Counted from the first letter of the stretch, positions 47,188-56,153 are shown. The stretch is 64,000 nt of DNA from an uncultured Candidatus Saccharibacteria bacterium (GCA_964638425.1 CAZWYM010000002.1:2547-66546); one strand, 5' to 3'. Notes: generated from the letters alone by a model not told the origin. Made by a program: numbers and translations.

Positions 47188-48402
47188 ATGTTTGATTTAA
47201 AAGTTATACACTCCGTCCTAGACCAAATGGAAGATGAGCGAGGCATCAGCCGAGCGAAAATGATTGATGCAATTGAGCAAGCGCTTGCAACTGCATACAA
47301 AAAGGAATTCGGAAAACGAGGGCAAATTATTCGTGCCCACTTCGACCTTACTTCAGGTGACACTGTTTTTAACCAGATTAAGATTGTCGCTGATGATACA
47401 ACGGTCCGTGTTGAGGATCAGGTTGATCATGAACTTGAAGGTGACGAACGTCACGGAAGTGAAGCGCACGAAACTCCAACACTTGATGGTGACCTACGGG
47501 TTCGTTTTGATCCTGAGAAGCACATCCTTATCGAAACTGCTCGACTCATCAAGAAAGACGTTATGGTTGGTGATGAACTCGTGTTCCCTCTTGAACAGAA
47601 AGATGATTTTGGACGTATCGCAGCACAAACTGCAAAGCAAGTAATCATCCAAAAGATTCGAGAGGCAGAGAAAGAATCTGCGCTCAAAGAATTTGGACAG
47701 AAAGAAGGCGACATTATTATTGGTCACGTACAACGGTTTGAGCGAGGAAATCTCTACATCGACCTTGGTCGAGTTACAGGAGTAATGCCATACGACGAGC
47801 AAATCCCTGGAGAGCGTTTCCGACCAGGAGAGCGTGTTCGTGCACTTCTTGTCGCTGTAGAAGAAACGCCACGAGGAATTTTCCTTAAGCTTTCTCGTTC
47901 ACATCCTGACTTCCTTGCTAAACTCTTTGCAATCGAAGCGCCTGAACTTCAAAACGGTTCGGTTGAAATTAAAGCAATCGCTCGAGAAGCTGGTTCACGT
48001 TCAAAGGTTGCTGTCTTTGCACACGACTCACATATTGACCCAGTCGGTTCAATGGTGGGTCAACGCGGAGTACGCGTATCGACAGTAATGAGTGAACTCG
48101 GTGGAGAGAAAATTGATATTATCGAGTGGTCAGAAAGTCCACGTGACTTTATTGAGGATTCACTATCACCTGCACAAGTAATCGAAGTAAAGATTGTAAG
48201 TGAAGCTGGTGCAAAGACTGAGGATAACCGAGGTCATGCACTCGTCACGGTGGCAGCTGATCAGCAGTCACTCGCAATCGGACGAGGCGGACAGAATGTT
48301 CGTCTTGCAGCGAAGCTTACCGGTTGGAAAATTGACATTGTTTCAAGTGGCGAAGCAACACCAGCTGATGAAGCCGGGGCATCTTCGAAGGACGGAGAAT
48401 AA
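47188..48402 (+). CDS. nusA: transcription termination/antitermination factor NusA
   Basis: 404 aa; NusA N-terminal domain, S1 and KH regions. Confidence 0.85.
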   Translation: MFDLKVIHSVLDQMEDERGISRAKMIDAIEQALATAYKKEFGKRGQIIRAHFDLTSGDTVFNQIKIVADDTTVRVEDQVDHELEGDERHGSEAHETPTLDGDLRVRFDPEKHILIETARLIKKDVMVGDELVFPLEQKDDFGRIAAQTAKQVIIQKIREAEKESALKEFGQKEGDIIIGHVQRFERGNLYIDLGRVTGVMPYDEQIPGERFRPGERVRALLVAVEETPRGIFLKLSRSHPDFLAKLFAIEAPELQNGSVEIKAIAREAGSRSKVAVFAHDSHIDPVGSMVGQRGVRVSTVMSELGGEKIDIIEWSESPRDFIEDSLSPAQVIEVKIVSEAGAKTEDNRGHALVTVAADQQSLAIGRGGQNVRLAAKLTGWKIDIVSSGEATPADEAGASSKDGE

Positions 48403-48438
48403 TGCACGAGAACGATATTAGAAATATATAGATACACT

Positions 48439-48960
48439 ATGAATCTACTACACGATATCAAACCAGGTACACAAGAAGAAATGAACGTTATTGTTGAAAT
48501 CCCAAAGTTTTCTAAGAATAAGTACGAGATTGATAAAGAAACGGGGATTATCGCACTTGATCGTGTCATGCATACAGCACAAGACTACCCATTCGATTAT
48601 GGCTTTGTCCCGCAAACACTCTTCGATGATGGGGATGCGCTCGATGTGGTTCTCCTCACGACATACCCGCTTATGCCAGGAATTCTTGTTAAGGCACGTC
48701 CTGTTGCCATTATGGAGATGATTGATGGTGGAGACCGTGACGACAAGATTGTTGCTGTCCCAGTAAATGATCCACGATTTGCTGAAGTGCAAGACCTTGC
48801 TGACCTCAACAAGCACTTCATAAAGGAAATGGCTCACTTCTTTGAGACATACAAAAAAATTCAGAATAAAGAAGTTTCAGTTGGCGAATGGCACGGGAAA
48901 GATGCTGCAATGGCTGCATTCAAGAAAAGTGTCCAGATGTACACTGATAGCGCAAAATAA
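48439..48960 (+). CDS. ppa: inorganic pyrophosphatase (family I)
   Basis: 173 aa; ...IVEIPKFSKNKYEIDKETG...DGDALDVVLL... Confidence 0.9.
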   Translation: MNLLHDIKPGTQEEMNVIVEIPKFSKNKYEIDKETGIIALDRVMHTAQDYPFDYGFVPQTLFDDGDALDVVLLTTYPLMPGILVKARPVAIMEMIDGGDRDDKIVAVPVNDPRFAEVQDLADLNKHFIKEMAHFFETYKKIQNKEVSVGEWHGKDAAMAAFKKSVQMYTDSAK

Positions 48961-48984
48961 ACAAACCTCACTACACCTTGTGCA

Positions 48985-49018
48985 AAAACACCCGAGTCGA
49001 AACGACTCGGGTGTTTTA
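48985..49018 (+). terminator. hairpin aaaaacacccgagtcg-aa-acgactcgggtgtttt
   Basis: Perfect 15-bp stem plus T tract after ppa. Confidence 0.65.
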
Positions 49019-49060
49019 TACTAAAGGAGAAGCGAACATACACCGTTCTCCTTTTCAACA

Positions 49061-49684
49061 ATGCTCATTATGAAATTTTTACAATCACAACCTTTACATC
49101 TAACGTTTATTTTTATCGGGCTCTTTTTTGTTTACAGTACGGTGCTTGCACAAGATGCAACAACAAGCGAAGAGGCGATGCCTGCCGAAAACCGCACAGA
49201 GCGAATTGAAGAACGTACTGCTCTGAGAAACGAACGACGCACTACACTTCGTATTGAGCTACAAGAAAGAATCATTAACCTCACAAGTAATGTCACCGCT
49301 CGTCTTACTGCAGGAATACATCGAATGACCAATATCAGTGACCGTCTTAATAGTCGAATTGGTAAGATGAAATCAGCAGGAATAGATACAAGCGCTGCAG
49401 AAGCAAAACTTATTGAAGCAAACAATGCTCTCATTGGTGCACAGAATGCACTTCACGATATTGAACCCATTCGAAATGCGTTAACAAGCGATACGCCCAA
49501 AGAACGGTACCTAAAAATTCGAAGTGAGTTTCTTATTGTTCGTGAATATCTTATTCAGACAAGAACCCATCTCCAAGAGACGGTCACATTGCTTAAGGGG
49601 GCACAAGGTGGCTTTAGTCAGACAAGCACCACCAACGGAGTAGCAACGACTACAGCAACAACAAGTAACGCGAGCAACGAATAA
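49061..49684 (+). CDS. secreted coiled-coil protein (207 aa)
   Basis: Signal-peptide-like N-terminus. Start uncertain (49061 or 49070). Confidence 0.4.
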   Translation: MLIMKFLQSQPLHLTFIFIGLFFVYSTVLAQDATTSEEAMPAENRTERIEERTALRNERRTTLRIELQERIINLTSNVTARLTAGIHRMTNISDRLNSRIGKMKSAGIDTSAAEAKLIEANNALIGAQNALHDIEPIRNALTSDTPKERYLKIRSEFLIVREYLIQTRTHLQETVTLLKGAQGGFSQTSTTNGVATTTATTSNASNE

Positions 49685-49696
49685 CAAAAATAATTT

Positions 49697-50062
49697 ATGA
49701 ATGAAATGCAACAAAATGGAGAAGAAAAACCTCAATCACTTCTTATTCCTGCATCTCCGCACCACTTTCCCATCGGCCCCATCCTTGGTGTGCTTCTCAT
49801 TATGGTTGTTCTCTCTATAAGTGGGCTTTATATTTGGGGAAGTATGCTCAGCAAGGAGGCGCCACAGACAACCGAACCTCCGATTGTAAACCACGAACCA
49901 GAGACACCGCGAGCTATTGTTGATACACAAATACTCGAAACCTTAAGTCCCTCTGACGACCTTAATGCTATTGAAGCGGATATTTCGAGCACCAATTTAG
50001 ATTCACTCGATACCGACATCACTGCAATCGATACTGAGTTAAACGCTGCGCTCCCCGAATAG
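49697..50062 (+). CDS. hypothetical single-TM protein (121 aa)
   Basis: ORF with an ATG start, 13 nt after the preceding gene. Confidence 0.35.
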   Translation: MNEMQQNGEEKPQSLLIPASPHHFPIGPILGVLLIMVVLSISGLYIWGSMLSKEAPQTTEPPIVNHEPETPRAIVDTQILETLSPSDDLNAIEADISSTNLDSLDTDITAIDTELNAALPE

Positions 50063-50151
50063 TCTAACCACACCACCCTTCCCTTGATTGCTATACGCAT
50101 CAAGGGATTTTTGTTGCAAATATAACTATCCCATGTACACTAGTCACCGTT

Positions 50152-51288
50152 ATGCAAAAAGATATCTTAGAAAAAATTACTATAGAAAAAAAGCCAGGTT
50201 CCCTTGTTGTGATTACGGGTGAATTACCATTTTCAGAGCTCGAGAAACACCGAGAAGCTGCTGTTTCAGCAATTTCAAAGAATGTAGATATTGATGGTTT
50301 CCGAAAAGGTCATGTCCCGGAAATGATGCTTATTCGTAAAGTGGGTGAAATGGCGATTCTTACTGAAATGGCAGAACGAGCACTTTCACATTCATACCCA
50401 GAAATAGTTACCCACCACTCACTCGACATTATTGGATACCCACAAATTGGTATCACAAAACTCGCAAAGGATAACCCACTTGGTTTCACTATTAGTGTCG
50501 CTGTCGTACCTGAAACAACACTTCCTGACTACCAAATGATTGCAAAAGAAACGAACGCTGAAAAGGAATCAAAGGATGTTACCGACGAAGAAGTGACAAA
50601 TCAAATTACAGAAATCTTGCGACAAAAGGCAGCATATGAGCGTCTCCAAGAAAATGCAAAACAAAATGGAGAAACGCCTGTAGAGCATGTTCATTCAGAA
50701 GACTGTGACCATGATCATGAGCACACGCACGATGAGCCTATCGAAGATATCAAAGACCTCCCTCTCCCTGAGCTTACTGATGCATTCGTTGCAACGCTTG
50801 GAACTCCTGGTCAGTTTTCTACTGTTGAAGAATTCAAAAATAAAATCAAGGAACACATTACCCTCGAAAAAGCTCGTGACGTAGACTCACGACACCGCGC
50901 AAAAATAACTGACAGTATCGTAGAAAAAACAGTTGTTGAACTCCCGCAGGTAATGCTCGACGCAGAGATAAATCAAATGCTCGCACAAATGGAAGAAGAC
51001 CTAAAGCGAGCACAGCTCAGCATGGATGATTACCTTGGTCATATTAAGAAAACAAAGGAGGAACTTACAAAAGAATGGCTTCCGAGTGCTGAGAAGCGAG
51101 CAAAGCTCCAACTCGTACTCAACGAAATTGCAAAGAAAGAGCAGATAACTCCTGATGCAAGTATGGTTGACCATGAGGTATCTCACCTTCTTGAACAGTA
51201 TAAGGATGCTGATGAAAAACGGGTACGTGTGTATGTCACATCGGTACTCACCAACGAAGCAGTACTCAAGAAACTTGAAGAAATGTAA
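50152..51288 (+). CDS. tig: trigger factor (short form, no obvious PPIase domain)
   Basis: N-terminal ribosome-binding signature GFRKGHVP. Confidence 0.75.
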   Translation: MQKDILEKITIEKKPGSLVVITGELPFSELEKHREAAVSAISKNVDIDGFRKGHVPEMMLIRKVGEMAILTEMAERALSHSYPEIVTHHSLDIIGYPQIGITKLAKDNPLGFTISVAVVPETTLPDYQMIAKETNAEKESKDVTDEEVTNQITEILRQKAAYERLQENAKQNGETPVEHVHSEDCDHDHEHTHDEPIEDIKDLPLPELTDAFVATLGTPGQFSTVEEFKNKIKEHITLEKARDVDSRHRAKITDSIVEKTVVELPQVMLDAEINQMLAQMEEDLKRAQLSMDDYLGHIKKTKEELTKEWLPSAEKRAKLQLVLNEIAKKEQITPDASMVDHEVSHLLEQYKDADEKRVRVYVTSVLTNEAVLKKLEEM

Positions 51289-51292
51289 TATC

Positions 51293-51326
51293 AAAAAATC
51301 CGAGGCATATGCCTCGGATTTTTATT
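51293..51326. terminator. hairpin aaaaaatccgaggc-atat-gcctcggatttttatt (bidirectional)
   Basis: Perfect stem with flanking A and T tracts between convergent genes. Confidence 0.65.
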
Positions 51327-51339
51327 ATTTCAATCTACC

Positions 51340-51816
51340 TTATAAGGCGATTGAACCAGAAGAGTCTTTTTCAAGAGCCTCATCCTTTGTGGTGGTTACC
51401 TTACAGGTATCCTTTACCGTCTTCTTAAATGCGTCCCATGCCGCTTTTCTATCTTTTTTCAATTCAACATGTGCTGTTTTTTTATCTGCTTTCCATTCTT
51501 TCCATGCGGTAGCTACTCCAGACTTTTGTGCTGTTTTGTCAGTAAGTCCCCACGCTGCCTTCAAAGCAGTTTTTCGCTCGCCGAGTGCTGTGACAATAGC
51601 GGTATTAAAATCACCCCATCCACTAAGGATTGCGGTTTCTCTCGTTTCAATTGCAGTCTGCACACAACTTACATCTACTGATGTACTTGGGGTAGTGCTT
51701 GCGTTCTCGTGACCGTGCCCAGAGTGCGCTAAAGCAAATGAGCTTGAGAGCAATAGCATTGCTGCAAGTACTCCTGTATGTAATGCGACGTGAACTAACT
51801 TGGTTGTATTTGTCAT
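51340..51816 (-). CDS. secreted hypothetical protein (158 aa) inserted between tig and clpP
   Basis: Signal peptide MTNTTKLVHVALHTGVLAAMLLLSSSFALA. Confidence 0.4.
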   Translation of the reverse strand: MTNTTKLVHVALHTGVLAAMLLLSSSFALAHSGHGHENASTTPSTSVDVSCVQTAIETRETAILSGWGDFNTAIVTALGERKTALKAAWGLTDKTAQKSGVATAWKEWKADKKTAHVELKKDRKAAWDAFKKTVKDTCKVTTTKDEALEKDSSGSIAL

Positions 51817-51987
51817 GATTCTAAATATTACTAAATAAACACATCAAAAAGGTCGTCCCGTAGGGGACGACCTCCATTACTACTTTTATACCATACTTAC
51901 GTGTGCTTGGTGCTGACCAGTGTGGAAAAACATCACGCGGTGTCGTCACTGGAAACTCTCCCCCGGTTTTGGTACTATCATAAGCAT

Positions 51988-52590
51988 ATGCAATCAAAAG
52001 AATCACAAATAAATAGCTACCTCGTCCCAATGGTTATCGAAAAGACCCAGGCTGGAGAACGTGCTTTCGACATATTTTCTCGACTCCTCAAAGAACGTAT
52101 CATTTTCGTTACTGGAGGTATAGATGACCACATGGCAAATCTTATTGTTGCGCAACTTCTCTTCCTTGAAGCTGAAGACCCAAAAAAGGATATTTTCATG
52201 TATGTTAATTCCCCAGGAGGTTCTGTAAGTGCAGGACTTGGTATTGTCGACACTATGAATCACATCAAGCCTGATGTCGCTACTGTTTGTGTTGGTCTCG
52301 CTGCATCAATGGGTTCTATCATCCTCTCACAGGGAGCGAAAGGAAAGCGAAGTATCCTGCCTAATGCAGAAGTTATGATTCACCAACCATGGGGAGGAAC
52401 ACAGGGCCAAGCGACTGATATTGAAATTACCGCTCGCCATATTCTCCGTACACGAGATACCCTCAACAAAATGCTCGCTAAGGCAGCAGGTAAGCCACTT
52501 GCGCAAATTGAAAAAGACACTGACCGAGATTTCTTCATGACTGCTGAAGAAGCAAAGAAATATGGCTTAGTCGATACTATTCTAAAATAG
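51988..52590 (+). CDS. clpP: ATP-dependent Clp protease proteolytic subunit
   Basis: ...[18 protein letters not shown]...AASMGS...MIHQP... The Ser-His-Asp triad context is present. Start trimmed to the ATG at 51988. Confidence 0.9.
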   Translation: MQSKESQINSYLVPMVIEKTQAGERAFDIFSRLLKERIIFVTGGIDDHMANLIVAQLLFLEAEDPKKDIFMYVNSPGGSVSAGLGIVDTMNHIKPDVATVCVGLAASMGSIILSQGAKGKRSILPNAEVMIHQPWGGTQGQATDIEITARHILRTRDTLNKMLAKAAGKPLAQIEKDTDRDFFMTAEEAKKYGLVDTILK

Positions 52591-52600
52591 TATCGACTAA

Positions 52601-52695
52601 GAGCCGGAGCGATGTGAACCCTATTAATAATGGGTGAACCAGCGAGGCCGGGGAGAAACCACTTATGAACGAAGTGAATTAGTGAGTTGACCCTG
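52601..52695 (+). ncRNA. R1 structured-repeat copy A (plus sense, 3' of clpP); putative ncRNA or 3'UTR element
   Basis: gagccggagcgatgtga-[accc tattaataat gggt]-gaaccagcgag-gccggggagaaacc-acttatgaacgaagtgaattag. It is flanked by the clpP stop-overlapping palindrome (52559-52600) and by the terminator at 52746-52775. Confidence 0.6.
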
Positions 52696-52745
52696 GTCGA
52701 TACCATCCTTAAGTAGTCTATGCCTTTTTAAGCTCAAACAACGTC

Positions 52746-52775
52746 CCTCTTCGGGACGTTGTTTTGTATTCGACA
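52746..52775 (+). terminator. hairpin aaacaacgtccc-tcttc-gggacgttgtttt
   Basis: Perfect stem plus T tract upstream of rny. Confidence 0.6.
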
Positions 52776-52859
52776 CACCCCTATTATTCTGTTACTGTAT
52801 GAAAGTCGACACAGAAATGAAAGACTTCGACATTGTCCACTATAAGTAATCAGAAAAGT

Positions 52860-54383
52860 ATGCCAATCGAAATGATTTTTGCCCTCGTGGCAGGAGTACT
52901 CGGCATCGCTTTAGGATATTATCTCAGATACATACACGCACTCAGTAAGAAAGAATCAATTGAAATCTCAATTAAAGAACGTGTTGTTGAAGCAGAAGAA
53001 AAGGCTATAAAGATAATTGAACGAGCAGAAGCAAAGTCCGAGACGCTCGAAAAAGAGAAAAAACAAGAGTTTAAAGAACTTGAAGAGAAGTTAGGAAAGA
53101 CCGAGGAACGACTTATCCGTAAGGAGGAACTACTCGATAAACGCCAGATTGACGTCGATTCACAAATTGAATCAGTTCGAGAGAAGATTGAGCAAATAAA
53201 AGACATCAAAACACGGCTCGATGAGCGGGAAAAGAGTATTGATGTACAAATCGAAACCGTTGCAGGCCTTTCAAAGGATGATGCATATGAACGACTCGTG
53301 AGTATCGTTGAAAAGGAGCGAGAACTCGATATTCTTGGACGACTCCAAAAACTGCAAGTTCGCGGTGACGAACAATTTGATGAACAAGCAAAAAATATCC
53401 TTACCTCAGCAATTCACCGCATTGGGAACACCCTTCGCGTTGATATCATGAGTTCAACCATTGAGCTCCCGAGTGATGAGATGAAAGGAAAAATTATTGG
53501 AAAGGAAGGAAGAAATGTCCGTGCATTTGAGCGCGCAACGGGAGTAGATGTACTCATTGATGATACTCCTGGGCACATTACCCTCTCATCATTTGACCCT
53601 GTTCGTCGAGAAATAGCTCGAGTTGCTCTCGAAACACTTCTCAGTGACGGGCGTATCCAGCCTGCGAAAATTGAAGAAGTTGTCGAAAAAGCACGAGCAG
53701 AGGTGGGCACCATCGTAAAGAAGATGGGAGAAAAGGCTGCGTATGAAGCAGGTGTTGCAAATCTACATCCAGATCTCGTGAAGATTCTTGGACGACTCCA
53801 CTTCCGCACAAGTTACGGACAGAATGTTCTCTGGCACTCTGTAGAAATGGCACACATTGCTGCCATCATTGCAGAAGAAATTGGTGCAGACGTTGCTGTC
53901 GCTCGCGCTGGCGCTCTCCTTCATGACATTGGTAAGACAGTGAGTCAGGAAGTACAGGGTACTCACGTAGAAATTGGTATCCGCATCCTCGAGAAATACG
54001 ATGTTGATGAAAAAGTCATCATCGCAATGCGTGCACACCACGAGGAATATCCATATGACACCCCTGAGTCAATCATCGTACAAGTAGCTGACGCTATTTC
54101 AGGAGGTCGCCCAGGTGCACGTCGTGATTCAATCGAGAATTACATTAAACGACTTAAAGAGCTTGAAGATCTTGCTCTCTCAATACCTGGTGTTGAGAAG
54201 GCGTTTGCCATCCAAGCAGGACGTGAGGTACGTGTCATCGTCAATCCAGAAAAGATAACCGACTTAGAAGCGCTCAATTTGGCGCGAAGTCTCGCAACCG
54301 ATATTGAGGAAAAGCTTAGATATCCTGGAGAAATTAAGGTGAATGTTATACGGGAATCTCGTGCTATAGAGTACGCCCGGTAA
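52860..54383 (+). CDS. rny: ribonuclease Y
   Basis: N-terminal TM, coiled coil, KH (GKIIGKEGRNVRAFE) and HD (LLHDIGK) domains. Start trimmed to the ATG at 52860. Confidence 0.8.
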   Translation: MPIEMIFALVAGVLGIALGYYLRYIHALSKKESIEISIKERVVEAEEKAIKIIERAEAKSETLEKEKKQEFKELEEKLGKTEERLIRKEELLDKRQIDVDSQIESVREKIEQIKDIKTRLDEREKSIDVQIETVAGLSKDDAYERLVSIVEKERELDILGRLQKLQVRGDEQFDEQAKNILTSAIHRIGNTLRVDIMSSTIELPSDEMKGKIIGKEGRNVRAFERATGVDVLIDDTPGHITLSSFDPVRREIARVALETLLSDGRIQPAKIEEVVEKARAEVGTIVKKMGEKAAYEAGVANLHPDLVKILGRLHFRTSYGQNVLWHSVEMAHIAAIIAEEIGADVAVARAGALLHDIGKTVSQEVQGTHVEIGIRILEKYDVDEKVIIAMRAHHEEYPYDTPESIIVQVADAISGGRPGARRDSIENYIKRLKELEDLALSIPGVEKAFAIQAGREVRVIVNPEKITDLEALNLARSLATDIEEKLRYPGEIKVNVIRESRAIEYAR

Positions 54384-54396
54384 GCCACCTAGCTTA

Positions 54397-54439
54397 AGAA
54401 TAAAGCGCTATTACTATAGGTAATAGCGCTTTATTCTTT
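54397..54439 (+). terminator. hairpin aagaataaagcgctattac-tatag-gtaatagcgctttattctt
   Basis: Perfect 19-bp stem after rny. Confidence 0.6.
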
Positions 54440-54640
54440 ATTCCTTACAGGAACCCTCCACTCATTGGATTTTATTCATTCTTCATAAAATCTCAATGAG
54501 TCTTGCGAAAGTGTCCCGCACTTTCTCACCTCGTATCTGAGCCCCTTTTGTGTTTACCTTAGAAATTTTTGCAGAGAAACTTCCATGCAAAGGGCGAGTG
54601 GAAAAAATTACAACACACATAATTACACTCCGGTAGTATA

Positions 54641-54668
54641 TTGCACAACTGAAACCGTACTATATAAT
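54641..54668 (+). promoter_or_regulatory. sigma70-like promoter TTGCAC-16-TATAAT upstream of hup
   Basis: -35 at 54641-54646, -10 at 54663-54668. The leader to hup would be about 140 nt. Confidence 0.4.
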
Positions 54669-54806
54669 TGTTTGTAGCCACATTTTGGCATCACGTGCAT
54701 TGCACAAGTAGGACTTACGCATTTGGACGCAGTTCCAAAAAAGAAATGCCCCAAACGCGCAAGTCCTAAAATCATTAATCGCCATTAGTACATCATTTCA
54801 TATACT

Positions 54807-55079
54807 ATGAACAAGGCAGACATAATTGATAAAGTACACGAGGTTGTAGGAGGAACTCGAGCAGATGCAGAACGAGCAGTTGAAACAGCGATCGATTGTA
54901 TCGTTGATTCTTTGAAGAAAGGAAAGGAAGTATCAATCGCAGGATTGGGTATTTTCTCTTCAAAGACTCGAAACGCTCGAACAGGACGTAACCCACGTAC
55001 TGGTGAATCAATCGATATCCCAGCTATGCGAGTTCCAAAGTTCCGTGCAGCAAAGGCACTTAAGGATGCAGTAAAATAA
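54807..55079 (+). CDS. hup: DNA-binding protein HU
   Basis: 90 aa; ...GLGIFSSKTRNARTGRNPRTGESIDIPAMRVPKFRAAKALKDAV. Confidence 0.85.
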   Translation: MNKADIIDKVHEVVGGTRADAERAVETAIDCIVDSLKKGKEVSIAGLGIFSSKTRNARTGRNPRTGESIDIPAMRVPKFRAAKALKDAVK

Positions 55080-55092
55080 ATCTCTCCTTTAT

Positions 55093-55128
55093 AAAAAATC
55101 CCGCAAGCAAATGCTTGCGGGATTTTTT
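55093..55128 (+). terminator. hairpin aaaaaatcccgcaagc-aaat-gcttgcgggatttttt
   Basis: Perfect stem plus T tract after hup. Confidence 0.7.
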
Positions 55129-55337
55129 ATATCCACATCTACTCCACATATTTCAATTTTTATAACTAGTGATACAATAATGGAGTAGCGGAGGTATTAA
55201 CTTGGTTTCATGTACACCAAGTCAACGTTACATACAAAGAGGTATAGAATGTTTAGTTCTATGTCTCACCACAACAAAAGCCCCACGCGAGGGGCTTTTG
55301 TGTTGTATAAAATTAGAAATTTTATACAACACAAAAG

Positions 55338-55430
55338 AAACGAGCGATGTGAGGGACTATTCATAATGTCCCGAACCAGCGAGTTCGGGTAGGTAAATCT
55401 TATGAGCGAAGCGAATTAGATTTGGACGCT
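55338..55430 (+). ncRNA. R1 structured-repeat copy B (plus sense, 3' of hup), sandwiched between two long hairpins
   Basis: aaacgagcgatgtga-[gggac tattcataat gtccc]-gaaccagcgag-ttcgggtaggtaaat-cttatgagcgaagcgaattag. Stem nucleotides are compensatory relative to copy A. Confidence 0.6.
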
Positions 55431-55616
55431 TTGTGTTTTAGAGTGATTCAATATCACTCTAAAACACAAAAGCCGACCTTGTCAGATGTTTTTCCGCAAA
55501 GCAGGAAAAAGATCAACAAGGTGTACCGTCCCTGTAAGGGAATTTTGTGTTGGGGGCTTGCGCAGGTAGACTCCCCTTGATACGCTCAACTAAGGTATAC
55601 ACTACGAGGAGTTCTT

Positions 55617-55832
55617 ATGGAAAACGCATGTGAAAATCCAGCACAATCTATTATTGATTGGATCAAAAGTCCTGAAGGAGAAAAACGATTTAAGGAAGCA
55701 ATGGCGGAAGTAAAGAAAGTGAGCACGGAGCTCAATGAAGCAAGGATGCTCACGCCAGAGCTACTCAACGCACCTATGGGTCCTCCAGGTGGCAGTTGGT
55801 CAAACTATTGGGCGGTCAGAAGAACCGCCTAG
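55617..55832 (+). CDS. small hypothetical protein (71 aa)
   Basis: SD aggag before the ATG. Terminator at 55840-55876. Confidence 0.35.
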   Translation: MENACENPAQSIIDWIKSPEGEKRFKEAMAEVKKVSTELNEARMLTPELLNAPMGPPGGSWSNYWAVRRTA

Positions 55833-55839
55833 CACTTAC

Positions 55840-55876
55840 AATCCCCTATCAAGAATTACTTGATAGGGGATTTTTT
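55840..55876 (+). terminator. hairpin aatcccctatcaag-aattact-tgataggggatttttt
   Basis: Perfect stem plus T tract. Confidence 0.65.
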
Positions 55877-56053
55877 AAATCGAAACTTACAGTTTCAGTA
55901 CACCTTGCGGGTACTTTGCTACATTACATTCGCAAAGATACCACGCAAGGTCTTCGATTCCTCAAGTACGATGCCCCGCGGAATCGTCCCGCTTTTTGAC
56001 CAATTTTAATTATGACTGAAAGGAATTAGAAAAATGGAAATACTCTTGTGGTG

Positions 56054-56130
56054 CTAATTCACTACGTTCATAAGAACGCTGGACGCGACTCGCAGGCCCA
56101 GAGGGTCCCCTGCTCCGTCGTTCGATTCCT
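56054..56130 (-). repeat. R1 structured-repeat copy I (sense on the minus strand, 3' of tRNA-Gly-UCC)
   Basis: The reverse complement ends ...cagcgttcttatgaacgtagtgaattagcac. The 5' end is degenerate and includes the inverted copy of the tRNA 3' end. Confidence 0.55.
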
Positions 56131-56153
56131 CTTGCTCGCTACAAATACGCAAC

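Noticed and set aside
52601-52640. Hammerhead or other small self-cleaving ribozyme (GATGTGA-hairpin-GAA looks superficially like CUGAUGA-stem II-GAAA)
   Set aside because: The core residues do not align (GAUGUGA versus CUGAUGA). There is no stem I/III arrangement or conserved UH cleavage site.
52601-52775. R1 copies A and B as a riboswitch (aptamer plus terminator upstream of rny, or of the small ORF)
   Set aside because: The other copies lie 3' of genes, on either strand, with no consistent downstream gene. Copy B's downstream hairpin lacks a U tract. There is no match to any riboswitch consensus I can recall (TPP, FMN, ZTP, fluoride, c-di-GMP, guanidine, Mn, SAM).
55210-55392. 60-aa ORF overlapping the hairpins upstream of R1 copy B
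   Set aside because: It runs through two long hairpins and into the conserved R1 core. The same region in copy A has no ORF. The RNA element is the better explanation.
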